Positions 26,627 to 36,390 of a DNA stretch of 38,319 nt are shown here, piece by piece. The translations under genes were made by a program, and so were the position numbers. Every line of letters begins with the position of its first letter. The stretch's first letter is position 1. The DNA lies in the IMG/VR virus record IMGVR_UViG_2897369580_000003, positions 1 to 38,319 of that record; one strand, given 5' to 3'. The DNA comes from a virus (lineage: Duplodnaviria > Heunggongvirae > Uroviricota > Caudoviricetes). The notes under the pieces are model-generated. The model saw nothing but the letters and a program-made list of their open reading frames with translations. It did not search any database and was not told the DNA's origin.

Positions 26627-28106
26627 CACCATTCCGTCGAATACGCTGGTTCCGTTGTTTTATGCGGAAATGGATAACCAGGCGGCGAATACTGCACAGG
26701 ACAGCGGAGCATCGCTGCTGATTGGTCATGCCAATAACGGTGCAGAGATTGTTGCCAACAGTCTGGTACTGATGCCGTCGGCAGACTATGCACGCCAGAT
26801 TTGTGGTGCGGGAAGTCAGCTGGCGCGTATGGTCGAGGCTTATCGCCAGACTGACCCGTTTGGCGAGCTGTATGTGATTGCCGTTCCTGAATCCACAGGC
26901 GCGGCGGCAACAGTTACGCTGACGGTGACCGGGGCAGCAACCGAAACCGGCACGGTGAATGTTTATGTGGGACGTACCCGCGTGCAGGCACCGGTGACCA
27001 ACGGCGATAACGTCGCGACGATTGCCAGCAGTATCAAAGATGCCATCAATGCCGTTCCGGCCCTGCCGTTTACGGCCTCATCTTCGGCTGGTGTGGTTAC
27101 ATTGACCGCTCGCCATAAGGGGCTTTGCGGGAATGAAATTCCTGTCAGCCTCAATTACTACGGCTTTGGTGGGGGCGAAGTGCTGCCAGCGGGCGTACAG
27201 ATTGCCGTGGCGACGGGTACCGCCGGAACGGGTGCTCCGGTTCTCACCGGCGCGGTGGCTGCAATGGCGGATGAGCCGTTTGATTATATCGGCCTGCCGT
27301 TCAACGACACGGCCTCCGTTAACACGCTGGTGACCGAGATGAACGATACCAGCGGTCGCTGGAGCTATGCGCGTCAGCTGTATGGTCATGTGTATACGGC
27401 AAAGATCGGCACGCTGTCAGAACTGGTGACCGCAGGTGACCAGTTTAACCAGCAGCACATTACCCTGGCGGGGTACGAAAAAGAGACCCAGACGCCTGCC
27501 GACGAGCTGGCGGCAAGCCGTACCGCCCGCGCAGCGGTGTTTATCCGCAACGATCCGGCACGTCCCACGCAGACCGGTGAGCTGGTGGGTATGCTGCCTT
27601 CGCCGAAGGGGAAACGGTTCACGATGACCGAACAACAGACCCTGCTGTCTCATGGCGTGGCAACGGCGTATGTCGAAAGCGGGGTACTGCGCATTCAGCG
27701 TGATGTCACCACGTACAGGAAAAACGCTTACGGGGTTGCGGATAACAGCTACCTCGACAGCGAGACGCTGCATACCAGTGCGTATGTACTGCGCAAACTG
27801 AAATCCGTCATTACCAGTAAGTACGGGCGTCACAAGCTTGCCAGCGACGGTACCCGCTTTGGTCCCGGTCAGGCGATTGTCACCCCGGCGGTGATCAAAG
27901 GGGAACTGCTGGCAACCTACCGTCAGCTTGAGCGTGCGGGGATCGTGGAAAACTACGAACTTTTTAAGCAGTACCTGGTTGTGGAGCGTGATGCCAGCGA
28001 TCCGAACCGCCTGAACACGCTGTTCCCGCCTGACTATGTTAACCAGTTGCGTGTCTTTGCCGTGGTTAACCAGTTCCGTCTTCAGTATTCAGAGGAGTCC
28101 GCATAA
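26610..28106 (+). CDS. Contractile tail sheath protein (Mu-like)
   Basis: 498 aa; followed by tube, chaperone and tape measure genes in Mu order. Confidence 0.85.
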   Translation: MTISFNTIPSNTLVPLFYAEMDNQAANTAQDSGASLLIGHANNGAEIVANSLVLMPSADYARQICGAGSQLARMVEAYRQTDPFGELYVIAVPESTGAAATVTLTVTGAATETGTVNVYVGRTRVQAPVTNGDNVATIASSIKDAINAVPALPFTASSSAGVVTLTARHKGLCGNEIPVSLNYYGFGGGEVLPAGVQIAVATGTAGTGAPVLTGAVAAMADEPFDYIGLPFNDTASVNTLVTEMNDTSGRWSYARQLYGHVYTAKIGTLSELVTAGDQFNQQHITLAGYEKETQTPADELAASRTARAAVFIRNDPARPTQTGELVGMLPSPKGKRFTMTEQQTLLSHGVATAYVESGVLRIQRDVTTYRKNAYGVADNSYLDSETLHTSAYVLRKLKSVITSKYGRHKLASDGTRFGPGQAIVTPAVIKGELLATYRQLERAGIVENYELFKQYLVVERDASDPNRLNTLFPPDYVNQLRVFAVVNQFRLQYSEESA

Positions 28107-28462
28107 TGGCCCGTATCGGGGGAACCTGTTATTTCAAAATTGACGGTCAGCAGCTATCGCTGACCGGCGGCATTGAGGTGCCCATGAACAGGACGGTCAA
28201 TGATGACATCATCGGCCTGGACGGTTCAGTGGACCGCAAGGAAACTCACCGTGCGCCTTATGTTAAAGGGACCTTCAAGGTGCCGAAGAATTTTCCGGTG
28301 AGCAAAATCACCTCGTCTGATGAGATGACCATCACAGCCGAGCTGGCGAACGGTCAGGTCTATGTACTGTCGTCTGCCTGGCTGCACGGCGAAGCAAACC
28401 ATAATGCCGAAGAAGGGACGGTTGATCTTGAGTTCCACGGTGAAGAAGGGGATTACCAGTAA
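28106..28462 (+). CDS. Tail tube protein
   Basis: 118 aa immediately after the sheath. Confidence 0.8.
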   Translation: MARIGGTCYFKIDGQQLSLTGGIEVPMNRTVNDDIIGLDGSVDRKETHRAPYVKGTFKVPKNFPVSKITSSDEMTITAELANGQVYVLSSAWLHGEANHNAEEGTVDLEFHGEEGDYQ

Positions 28463-28731
28463 TGAAAGAGCTTGAGTTAAAGAAACCGATTACCGCTCAT
28501 GGCGAGACACTCTCCGTACTGGAGTTTGATGAGCCCACCGGGAAAGATGTCCGCGAGCTGGGGTATCCCTACCAGATGAATCAGGATGAGTCCGTCAGAC
28601 TTCTGGCGCATGTGGTATCGAAATACATTGTGCGGCTGGCGAAAGTGCCGCAAAGCTCTGTCGACCAGATGTCTCCGGCAGACCTGAATGCAGCGGCGTG
28701 GCTTGTGGCTGGTTTTTTCCTCCAGGCCTGA
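28462..28731 (+). CDS. Tail assembly chaperone (short form)
   Basis: 89 aa between tube and tape measure; overlapping -1 frame ORF downstream. Confidence 0.75.
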   Translation: MKELELKKPITAHGETLSVLEFDEPTGKDVRELGYPYQMNQDESVRLLAHVVSKYIVRLAKVPQSSVDQMSPADLNAAAWLVAGFFLQA

Positions 28732-28880
28732 CGGCTGAATACCTCACTGATCGCTTCTTTGACTGCGCCAGTTACTGGCGCATTAATCCTTTCGAATTGC
28801 TGAATATGCCGATCAGTGAAATTCCCTTACTGGTCAGTCAGGCAAACAGGATAGAGCAGGAGAAACGCACACATGGCTGA
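28462..28880 (+). CDS. Tail assembly chaperone, long form produced by programmed -1 ribosomal frameshift
   Basis: -1 frame ORF 28698..28880 overlaps the 3' end of the chaperone; slippery heptamer TTTTTTC at 28713-28719. Confidence 0.65.
28713..28719 (+). other. Slippery heptamer T-TTT-TTC for the -1 frameshift
   Basis: X-XXY-YYZ pattern in the chaperone frame just before its stop. Confidence 0.65.
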
Positions 28881-30705
28881 ATTTGAGCTTAAGGCGTTGA
28901 TCACCGGTGTCGACAGGCTTTCTCCCGCGCTGTCGAAAATGCAAAAGAAAATCCGGGGATTTAAACGCCAGGCGGAAGAAGCGTCACAGGGTGGGCTGGC
29001 GCTTGGTGGCGGACTGGCAGCGGGTCTGACGCTTTCCCTGAAATCTTATGCCGATCAGGAAAACGCCGCCACCGGGCTGAAAGTCGCCATGATGGATGCG
29101 AACGGCGAGGTTGGAAAGAGCTTTCAGGACATCAATAAACTGGCTATTGGCCTGGGTAACCAGCTACCCGGTACAACGGCTGATTTCCAGAACATGATGC
29201 AGATGCTGGTGCGTCAGGGGATCCCGGCAGAAAACATTCTTGGCGGTGTGGGTAAAGCGACAGCTTATCTTGCGGTACAACTGAAAAAAACACCGGAAGC
29301 GGCTGCTGAGTTTGCTGCAAAGATGCAGGATGCTACCGGAACGGCGTCAGAAGACATGATGGGGCTGTTCGACACTATCCAGAAGGCGTTTTATCTGGGC
29401 GTTGACGATACCAACATGTTGTCCTTCTTCACTAAAACCAGTTCTGTTCTGAAGATGGTGAACAAGGACGGTCTTCAGGCTGCACATAGCCTTGCCCCCA
29501 TCAGCGTCATGATGGATCAGATGGGGATGAACGGGGAGTCGGCAGGTAATGCCCTGCGAAAAGTTATCCAGTCCGGATTAAGCGTTAAGAAAATCAGGGA
29601 TGTTAATAAAGTTATGGCCCGCCAGAAACTCGGGGTACAGCTCGATTTTACTGACGGCAAAGGGAGTTTTGGCGGTCTTGATAACATGTTCAGGCAACTG
29701 GCAAAGCTGCGAAAACTGACCGACGTTAAACGAACTGGTGTACTTAAGGCAATATTTGGTGATGATGCCGAAACCCTTCAGGTGGTCAATGCACTAATCG
29801 ATAAAGGAAAGGATGGCTACGATCAGATCCAGCAGAAGATGAATAAACAGGCCAGCCTGAATAAACGTGTTCAGGCACAGCTTGGTACGCTGTCCAACCT
29901 GTGGGAGGCAATGACAGGGACCGCAACTAACGGCCTTGCGGCTATTGGCGGCGCATTTTCTGGTGACGCTAAAAATATCACGCAATGGCTGGGGGAGTTG
30001 GGGGAGAAATTCACGAAGTTTGCGGATGAAAATCCCCGGGTTATTCGCGGCGTCGTCGGGCTTGCTGCTGGTCTTGCGATTCTGAAACTGGGATTGATGG
30101 GCGTTGGCGGTGCCATCAGTATTGTCAGCAGGATCATGTCGATGACGCCGATTGGCATGATTGCGACGGCGATAGCCCTGGCTGCGGGATTAATTATCAC
30201 TAACTGGGATGTTGTCGGACCTTATTTTAAGAAACTCTGGGAAACCATTGGTCCTTATTTTGAGGCTGGCTGGGAACTCCTTAAGAAAGTTTTTGCCTGG
30301 TCGCCGCTGGGGATGGTGATCAATAACTGGGGGCCGGTTGTTAAGTGGTTTCAGGATATGTGGGACAAGCTGAAGCCAATTATTGAGTGGTTTACCGACA
30401 GTTCCGGTGACACGGTCGATGCCATTAACTCTGCGCAGTGGGGCGCGGGTGCTTATGATGCTTATGGGACGGGAATACCGGCGCGGGGATACACACCTTA
30501 TCCGGCGGTGGATCCGGCTCAGTCAAACAACGCCTCCGATGCCACAGGCTCGAATCCCTTCATGATTAACAAAGCTTCTGTGCCAAAAGTTGATGGTGAG
30601 ATCAAGGTATCTTTTGTGAATTCGCCTCCGGGTATGCGGGTTATGGAAACGCGATCCAGCGGTTTTGATGTCAGCCATGATGTTGGCTATACGCGGTTCA
30701 GGTAG
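28873..30705 (+). CDS. Tail tape measure protein
   Basis: 610 aa, alpha-helical with a hydrophobic Gly/Ala-rich segment; canonical position. Confidence 0.85.
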   Translation: MAEFELKALITGVDRLSPALSKMQKKIRGFKRQAEEASQGGLALGGGLAAGLTLSLKSYADQENAATGLKVAMMDANGEVGKSFQDINKLAIGLGNQLPGTTADFQNMMQMLVRQGIPAENILGGVGKATAYLAVQLKKTPEAAAEFAAKMQDATGTASEDMMGLFDTIQKAFYLGVDDTNMLSFFTKTSSVLKMVNKDGLQAAHSLAPISVMMDQMGMNGESAGNALRKVIQSGLSVKKIRDVNKVMARQKLGVQLDFTDGKGSFGGLDNMFRQLAKLRKLTDVKRTGVLKAIFGDDAETLQVVNALIDKGKDGYDQIQQKMNKQASLNKRVQAQLGTLSNLWEAMTGTATNGLAAIGGAFSGDAKNITQWLGELGEKFTKFADENPRVIRGVVGLAAGLAILKLGLMGVGGAISIVSRIMSMTPIGMIATAIALAAGLIITNWDVVGPYFKKLWETIGPYFEAGWELLKKVFAWSPLGMVINNWGPVVKWFQDMWDKLKPIIEWFTDSSGDTVDAINSAQWGAGAYDAYGTGIPARGYTPYPAVDPAQSNNASDATGSNPFMINKASVPKVDGEIKVSFVNSPPGMRVMETRSSGFDVSHDVGYTRFR

Positions 30706-30804
30706 TGTACAAAATGATTAATGTGTTTTTGTCTGGCATAATTTGGGTTTTCAGCTTTAAGTAGTTAATATAATCATTCCTTACAAATGATTGAAGGGAT
30801 GATT

Positions 30805-31299
30805 ATGCGTATCTTTGTTTTTTTTATATCTGCACTTTTATCTTTTAACTTGGCTGCGGAAGAGTGTAAGTTCAGCTTTAATGAGTCAGAATTAATCTCT
30901 TCTATAGGTATTGCGCCAGTTAAGCAAGAGATAATAAAGGATGAAGGAATAACTAAGCGGCAATATGAATTCAGAAGAGAATTATCTTCTGAAGAAATGC
31001 TTAGTGATGACGCTGATGAAAAATATGAGCCGCAGTTTTATATATCTGTTTATAATCCATCATGCCCACAAAAGGTTATTGTTTGGTTTTTCAAAGACAA
31101 TAAAAACACAATGGATTTAAGTAATGAGGTCCTTGCTGGTAGAGCGTTCAAGTATTTAACTGGTGTTAATGAAAGTATTTTTGAAAATAAAATGAAAAAG
31201 TTTTTAAAGGTACAGTCATTTGAATCTTTTGATGAAAGGACAGATTCTAAATTTATAAAGAGTGGTGATATTTATTCCATTGATGTTCAACTCAGATAG
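30805..31299 (+). CDS. AT-rich moron encoding a secreted/periplasmic protein of unknown function (signal peptide, two Cys)
   Basis: Signal peptide MRIFVFFISALLSFNLAA; GAAGGGA RBS before the ATG at 30805 (track ORF starts at 30787); strongly AT-rich compared with flanking tail genes; own terminator. Confidence 0.6.
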   Translation: MRIFVFFISALLSFNLAAEECKFSFNESELISSIGIAPVKQEIIKDEGITKRQYEFRRELSSEEMLSDDADEKYEPQFYISVYNPSCPQKVIVWFFKDNKNTMDLSNEVLAGRAFKYLTGVNESIFENKMKKFLKVQSFESFDERTDSKFIKSGDIYSIDVQLR

Positions 31300-31318
31300 T
31301 AATTAAAAATATTAGGTT

Positions 31319-31375
31319 CCCGCCACATCTTCTGCGATGTAAATAACTGACAAAGCAGATTTGGCGGGTTTTTTG
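31319..31375 (+). terminator. Structured terminator after the moron (CCCGCCA ... TGGCGGG then TTTTTTG)
   Basis: Inverted repeat arms 31319-31325 / 31362-31368 with T-tract. Confidence 0.6.
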
Positions 31376-31389
31376 TATCCGGAGTTTAT

Positions 31390-32718
31390 ATGACGTGGAA
31401 AGACAGGCTTCAGGATGCGTCATTTCGCGGCGTACCGTTTAAGGTTGAAGAAGAAAGTGCGGGAACCGGTCGCCGTGTGGAAACACACGAATATCCGAAC
31501 CGCGACAAGCCCTATACCGAAGATCTGGGAAAAGTCACTTTCCGCCCGTCCATCACAGCTTATGTGGTGGGAGATGACTGCTTTGACCAGCGCGATCGCC
31601 TGATTGAAGCGCTGAATAAACCCGGTCCCGGCACGCTTGTCCACCCGACATATGGTGAGCTGAAAGTCTGTGTTGACGGGGAAGTTCGGGTCAGCACATC
31701 GAAAAGTGAAGGGCGTATTGTCCGCTTTGACCTGAAGTTTGTCGAAGCAGGAGAACTCTCTTACCCCACATCAGGTGCGGCGACGGCGCAGACGCTGATG
31801 TCATCCTGTTCTGCACTGGATGACTGCATCAGTGACAGCTTCAGCGGTTTCAGTATCGATGGTGTGGCGGATTTCGTGCAGAACGACGTTATCGGTAATG
31901 CCAGCATAATGCTGGGGTATGTTTCTGATGCGATGAAAGTGGTGGATTCTGCCGTATCGGATGCCGCCAGGCTGTTGCAGGGGGATATCTCGGTACTTCT
32001 GCCGCCGCCATCGTCAGGCAAAAATTTCGTTGAGCAGGTGCAGAAAATGTGGCGTACCGGGAAACGCCTTTATGGTAACGCCAGCGACCTGGTCACCATG
32101 ATCAAAACGCTTTCCGGTGTCAGCCTCGGCAGCGATCTGCAACCGCGCGGCGTCTGGAAAACGGACAGTAAAACCACCGCCACGGCGACGCAGCAGCGTA
32201 ACGTGGTTGCCAGCACCCTTCGTACGACCGCAATCAGCGAAGCGGCGTATGCCGTCACCCGATTGCCTGCGCCAACAACTTCCGCGGTGATGCAGAATTC
32301 CGCAGTGGGGCAGGCAACAACACCTGCGCAGAGCACTGGCTGGCCTTCCGTCACGCATCCGGCACTGAACAATGCACCGGCGGTGAAAAACACAGTTGAC
32401 CTGCCGACGTGGGAAGAACTGACTGACATTCGCGACACACTGAATACGGCAATTGATAAGGAGTTGTCCCGTACAACCAGTGATGCGCTGTTTCTGGCGC
32501 TGCGCCGGGTGAAAGCAGATCTGAATGCGGATATCAACACGCGCCTTGAACAGTCTGCACGGATCATTCAGCGCACGCCGGATGAGGTTTTACCCGCGCT
32601 GGTGCTGGCGGCGACCTGGTTTGATAACGCGGCGCGTGACGCGGACATTATCCGGCGTAATGCCATTACGCATCCCGGCTTTGTGCCGGTGATCCCTCTA
32701 AAGGTGCCAGTGCAATGA
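31390..32718 (+). CDS. DNA circulation protein (Mu gp43-like)
   Basis: 442 aa; follows the tape measure as in Mu-like tails. Confidence 0.75.
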   Translation: MTWKDRLQDASFRGVPFKVEEESAGTGRRVETHEYPNRDKPYTEDLGKVTFRPSITAYVVGDDCFDQRDRLIEALNKPGPGTLVHPTYGELKVCVDGEVRVSTSKSEGRIVRFDLKFVEAGELSYPTSGAATAQTLMSSCSALDDCISDSFSGFSIDGVADFVQNDVIGNASIMLGYVSDAMKVVDSAVSDAARLLQGDISVLLPPPSSGKNFVEQVQKMWRTGKRLYGNASDLVTMIKTLSGVSLGSDLQPRGVWKTDSKTTATATQQRNVVASTLRTTAISEAAYAVTRLPAPTTSAVMQNSAVGQATTPAQSTGWPSVTHPALNNAPAVKNTVDLPTWEELTDIRDTLNTAIDKELSRTTSDALFLALRRVKADLNADINTRLEQSARIIQRTPDEVLPALVLAATWFDNAARDADIIRRNAITHPGFVPVIPLKVPVQ

Positions 32719-33794
32719 ACGATAACGTCACGCTACGGGTAAATGGCCGGGAGTGGAATGGCTGGACATCGGTGCGCATCGGTGCCGGTGTTGAACGACT
32801 GGCGCGGGATTTCAGTGTGGAGATCACCCGCCAGTGGCCGGGAGATGAGGGTATCACCACGCTTCAGCCGCGCATTAAAAACGGTTCAAAAGTGGAAGTG
32901 CTGATTGGTGATGAGCTGGTGATCACCGGCTGGGTGGAGGCGACGCCCGTTCGTTACGATGCCCGTTCGGTCAGCACCGGTATTGCCGGACGCAGTCTAA
33001 CCGCTGATCTGATTGACTGTGCAGCCGAACCGACACAGTTTAACGGACGATCGCTGGTACAGATTGCGCAGGCGCTTGCTGCGCCCTTCGGCATTGAGGT
33101 GGTGAACAACGGTGCGCCGTCGGGTGTTATTCCTGACGTCCAGCCTGATCACGGTGAAACGGTGATTGAGGTAATCAACAAAATACTCGGTCAGCAGCAG
33201 GCACTGGCTTACGACGACCCGCACGGCAGGCTGGTGATTGGCGGTATTGGCTCAACGCGGGCACATACCGCGCTGGTACTTGGGGAAAACATCCTTTCCT
33301 GTGATACGGAGAAGAGTATCCGGGAGCGGTTTTCAGTTTACCAGGTGGCGGGGCAGCGTGCCGGAAACGACGATGATTTCGGTGAGGCCACCACCACCGC
33401 GCTGCGGGCCCGCACAGAGGACGCATTTATTGCCCGTTACCGTCCGATGTATATCAGGCAGACAGGGCAGGCCACGGGGGCAGGCTGTATTGCGCGTGCT
33501 GACTTTGAAGCCCGACAACGGGCGGCGCGGACGGATGAAACCACCTATGTGGTGCAGGGCTGGCGACAGGGTAACGGTACGCTGTGGCAGCCCAACCAGC
33601 GGGTGATTGTCTTTGATCCGGTCTGTGGTTTCGACAATACCGAACTGCTTGTTTCGGAAGTCACGTTTACTCAGGACCAGAACGGCACCCTGACGGAAAT
33701 CCGTGTCGGCCCGCCTGATGCTTATCTGCCTGAACCCGAAGATCCCGGCGCGCGGAAAAAGAAAAAAGCCAGAGTACAGGAGGACCCGTTCTGA
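32715..33794 (+). CDS. Baseplate hub protein (Mu gp44 / phage protein D-like)
   Basis: 359 aa; position in the Mu-like baseplate module. Confidence 0.7.
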   Translation: MNDNVTLRVNGREWNGWTSVRIGAGVERLARDFSVEITRQWPGDEGITTLQPRIKNGSKVEVLIGDELVITGWVEATPVRYDARSVSTGIAGRSLTADLIDCAAEPTQFNGRSLVQIAQALAAPFGIEVVNNGAPSGVIPDVQPDHGETVIEVINKILGQQQALAYDDPHGRLVIGGIGSTRAHTALVLGENILSCDTEKSIRERFSVYQVAGQRAGNDDDFGEATTTALRARTEDAFIARYRPMYIRQTGQATGAGCIARADFEARQRAARTDETTYVVQGWRQGNGTLWQPNQRVIVFDPVCGFDNTELLVSEVTFTQDQNGTLTEIRVGPPDAYLPEPEDPGARKKKKARVQEDPF

Positions 33795-34342
33795 TGAGGG
33801 CGATTGAAACCATACAGCGACAACTCCTCGGGCTGATTGGGCGGGCCGTGGTGAAAAGCATCAGTGCCGCAACGAAATGTCAGACCGTGGATGTGTCCCT
33901 GATTGCCGGTGAACCCAAAGCCGGGGTTGAACATCTTGAACCTTACGGTTTTACCGCAAGGGCAAACAGCGGTGCGGAAGCGGTGGTGTTGTTTCCGGAT
34001 GGCGACCGTTCTCATGCGGTGGTTGTTACGGTGTCGGATCGGCGTTACCGCCTGAAAGGGCTGCAGACGGGTGAGGTGGCTGTCTATGACGATCAGGGGC
34101 AGTCCGTGACGCTGACCCGGGAGGGGATCGTGGTGGACGGTGCAGGTAAAACGATCACGTTTCGCAATTCACCTAAAGCACGTTTTGAAATGGACCTGGA
34201 AGTGACAGGACAAGTGAAAGACCTGTGCGACTCCAGCGGCACCACCATGTCAGCGATGCGGCTTGCCTATAACGGGCATCGTCACAGAGAGAACGGTCAG
34301 GGCAGTAACACCGACAAACCTGATAAAGCGATGGAGGCATGA
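33794..34342 (+). CDS. Baseplate spike / assembly protein (Mu gp45-like)
   Basis: 182 aa; position. Confidence 0.65.
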   Translation: MRAIETIQRQLLGLIGRAVVKSISAATKCQTVDVSLIAGEPKAGVEHLEPYGFTARANSGAEAVVLFPDGDRSHAVVVTVSDRRYRLKGLQTGEVAVYDDQGQSVTLTREGIVVDGAGKTITFRNSPKARFEMDLEVTGQVKDLCDSSGTTMSAMRLAYNGHRHRENGQGSNTDKPDKAMEA

Positions 34343-34767
34343 TGGAACTGTGGCTGACGGTGAACGGTAAACGCACCTGCGCCAGCGCACCGCTGGATCC
34401 GCTGACCCGCGCCGTGGTGATTTCCCTGTTTACCTGGCGGCGGGCGGAGCCTGATGACAACGCCGACGTCCCGATGGGATGGTGGGGGGATACCTGGCCT
34501 GCGGTACAGAATGACCGTTACGGCTCCCGACTGTGGCTGCTTCAGCGCAGCAAACTGACCAATCAGCTGGTGCAGACGGTAAGGGGGTATATCCGCGAAT
34601 GCCTGCAATGGATGATTGATGATGGCGTGGTGTCCCGTATTGATCTGGATATCCGCCGCACCGGGATTAATGAACTGGGTAACAGTATCACTCTCTGGCG
34701 TCGTGACGGACCGGTAATGATTTCTTTTGATGATCTGTGGAGTGCGATAACGCATGGCGGACAGTGA
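34339..34767 (+). CDS. GP46-family baseplate protein
   Basis: 142 aa; position. Confidence 0.65.
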   Translation: MMELWLTVNGKRTCASAPLDPLTRAVVISLFTWRRAEPDDNADVPMGWWGDTWPAVQNDRYGSRLWLLQRSKLTNQLVQTVRGYIRECLQWMIDDGVVSRIDLDIRRTGINELGNSITLWRRDGPVMISFDDLWSAITHGGQ

Positions 34768-35812
34768 ATTTCAGCGCCCGACGCTGGCAGAAAATATCAG
34801 TATGCTCCGTAACGATTTATTCGCCAGGCTGGACGTCAGCGACACGCTCCGGCGCATGGATGAAGACGTGCGGGCAAAGGTGTATGCGGCGGCGCTGCAT
34901 ACGGTTTACGGGTACATCGATTATCTGGCAATGAATATGCTGCCTGACCTGTGCGATGAGTCCTGGCTGGCGCGACATGCTGCGATGAAACGGTGTCCGC
35001 GCAAGGGGGCCACGGCTGCCAGCGGGTATATGCGCTGGGAAGGTGTCAGCGATGGCCTGAAGGTGACCGCCGGAAGTGTTATTCAGCGCGATGACCTGGT
35101 TCAGTACACGGCAACTGCCGATGCAATCAGCACCGGTGGTGTCCTGCGCGTGCCGATCGCCTGCTCAAGTGCAGGAGCGGTCGGTAACGCTGACGACGGT
35201 ACGGCATTAATCCTGGTCACGCCGGTGAATGGGCTGCCGTCTTCCGGTGTGGCTGACACCCTGACAGGCGGATTTGATACTGAAGAGCTGGAAACGTGGC
35301 GCGTCCGTGTCATTGAGCGGTATTACTGGACGCCGCAGGGCGGGGCTGACGGGGACTATGTCGTCTGGGCTAAAGAAGTGCCCGGCATTACCCGCGCATG
35401 GACATACCGTCACTGGATGGGAACGGGAACTGTCGGTGTGATGATTGCCAGCAGTGACCTGATTAACCCCATTCCGGAAGAATCAACGGAAATGGCGGCA
35501 AGACAACATATCGAGCCACTGGCCCCGGTGGCAGGCTCTGATTTGTATGTATTCAGGCCGGTGGCACATACGGTGGATTTTCATATCCGCGTGACGCCGG
35601 ACACACCGGAAATACGAGCCGCCATTACTGCGGAGTTGCGTTCGTTCCTGCTGCGTGATGGTTATCCGCAGGGAGAACTGAAGGTGTCGCGTATCAGTGA
35701 AGCGATTTCCGGTGCGAACGGGGAATACAGCCATCAGTTGCTTGCACCGGCGGACAATATCTCCATTGCAAAAAATGAACTGGCGGTTCTGGGGACGATT
35801 TTATGGACGTGA
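34754..35812 (+). CDS. Baseplate J-like protein (Mu gp47-like)
   Basis: 352 aa; position. Confidence 0.75.
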   Translation: MADSEFQRPTLAENISMLRNDLFARLDVSDTLRRMDEDVRAKVYAAALHTVYGYIDYLAMNMLPDLCDESWLARHAAMKRCPRKGATAASGYMRWEGVSDGLKVTAGSVIQRDDLVQYTATADAISTGGVLRVPIACSSAGAVGNADDGTALILVTPVNGLPSSGVADTLTGGFDTEELETWRVRVIERYYWTPQGGADGDYVVWAKEVPGITRAWTYRHWMGTGTVGVMIASSDLINPIPEESTEMAARQHIEPLAPVAGSDLYVFRPVAHTVDFHIRVTPDTPEIRAAITAELRSFLLRDGYPQGELKVSRISEAISGANGEYSHQLLAPADNISIAKNELAVLGTILWT

Positions 35813-36387
35813 CAAACGATGATTACATCCGTCTGTTGTCGGCACTGCTGCCGCCAGGTCCGGCGTGGCCAGCCAGCGATCCGGCGATTGCCGGTGCAGC
35901 ACCGTCATTAACCCGTGTTCATCAGCGTGCGGATGCCCTGATGCGGGAGCTGGATCCGCGCACCACCACCGAACTGATAAATCGCTGGGAGCGTCTGTGC
36001 GGCCTGCCGGATGAATGTATTCCCGCAGGGACACAGACCCTTCGCCAGCGTCAGCAACGGCTGGATGCGAAGGTTAACCTGGCGGGCGGCATCAACGAGG
36101 ATTTTTATCTTGCACAGCTTGCTGCCCTGGGCAGACCAGATGCCACCATCACGCGATACGACAAAAGCACCTTCACCTGCTCATCGGCCTGTACTGACGC
36201 GGTGAATGCGCCGGAATGGCGGTATTACTGGCAGGTCAACATGCCAGCCGCCACCAACACCACCTGGATGACATGTGGCGATTCCTGTGATTCCGCACTG
36301 CGTATCTGGGGCGACACCGTTGTCGAGTGTGTGCTTAACAAACTCTGCCCTTCGCATACCTACGTAATTTTTAAATATCCGGAGTAA
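35803..36387 (+). CDS. Tail protein (Mu gp48-like, DUF2313-type)
   Basis: 194 aa; position between baseplate J and the fibre. Confidence 0.6.
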   Translation: MDVTNDDYIRLLSALLPPGPAWPASDPAIAGAAPSLTRVHQRADALMRELDPRTTTELINRWERLCGLPDECIPAGTQTLRQRQQRLDAKVNLAGGINEDFYLAQLAALGRPDATITRYDKSTFTCSSACTDAVNAPEWRYYWQVNMPAATNTTWMTCGDSCDSALRIWGDTVVECVLNKLCPSHTYVIFKYPE

Positions 36388-36390
36388 TCC

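Noticed and set aside
19179-35734. Numerous antisense ORFs of 60-190 aa within the packaging, head and tail genes (for example 21418..21927, 23118..23552, 25833..26423, 27417..27833, 32070..32567, 34297..34755)
   Set aside because: These are shadow ORFs typical of GC-rich coding DNA, entirely embedded in well-supported sense-strand structural genes and lacking start contexts.
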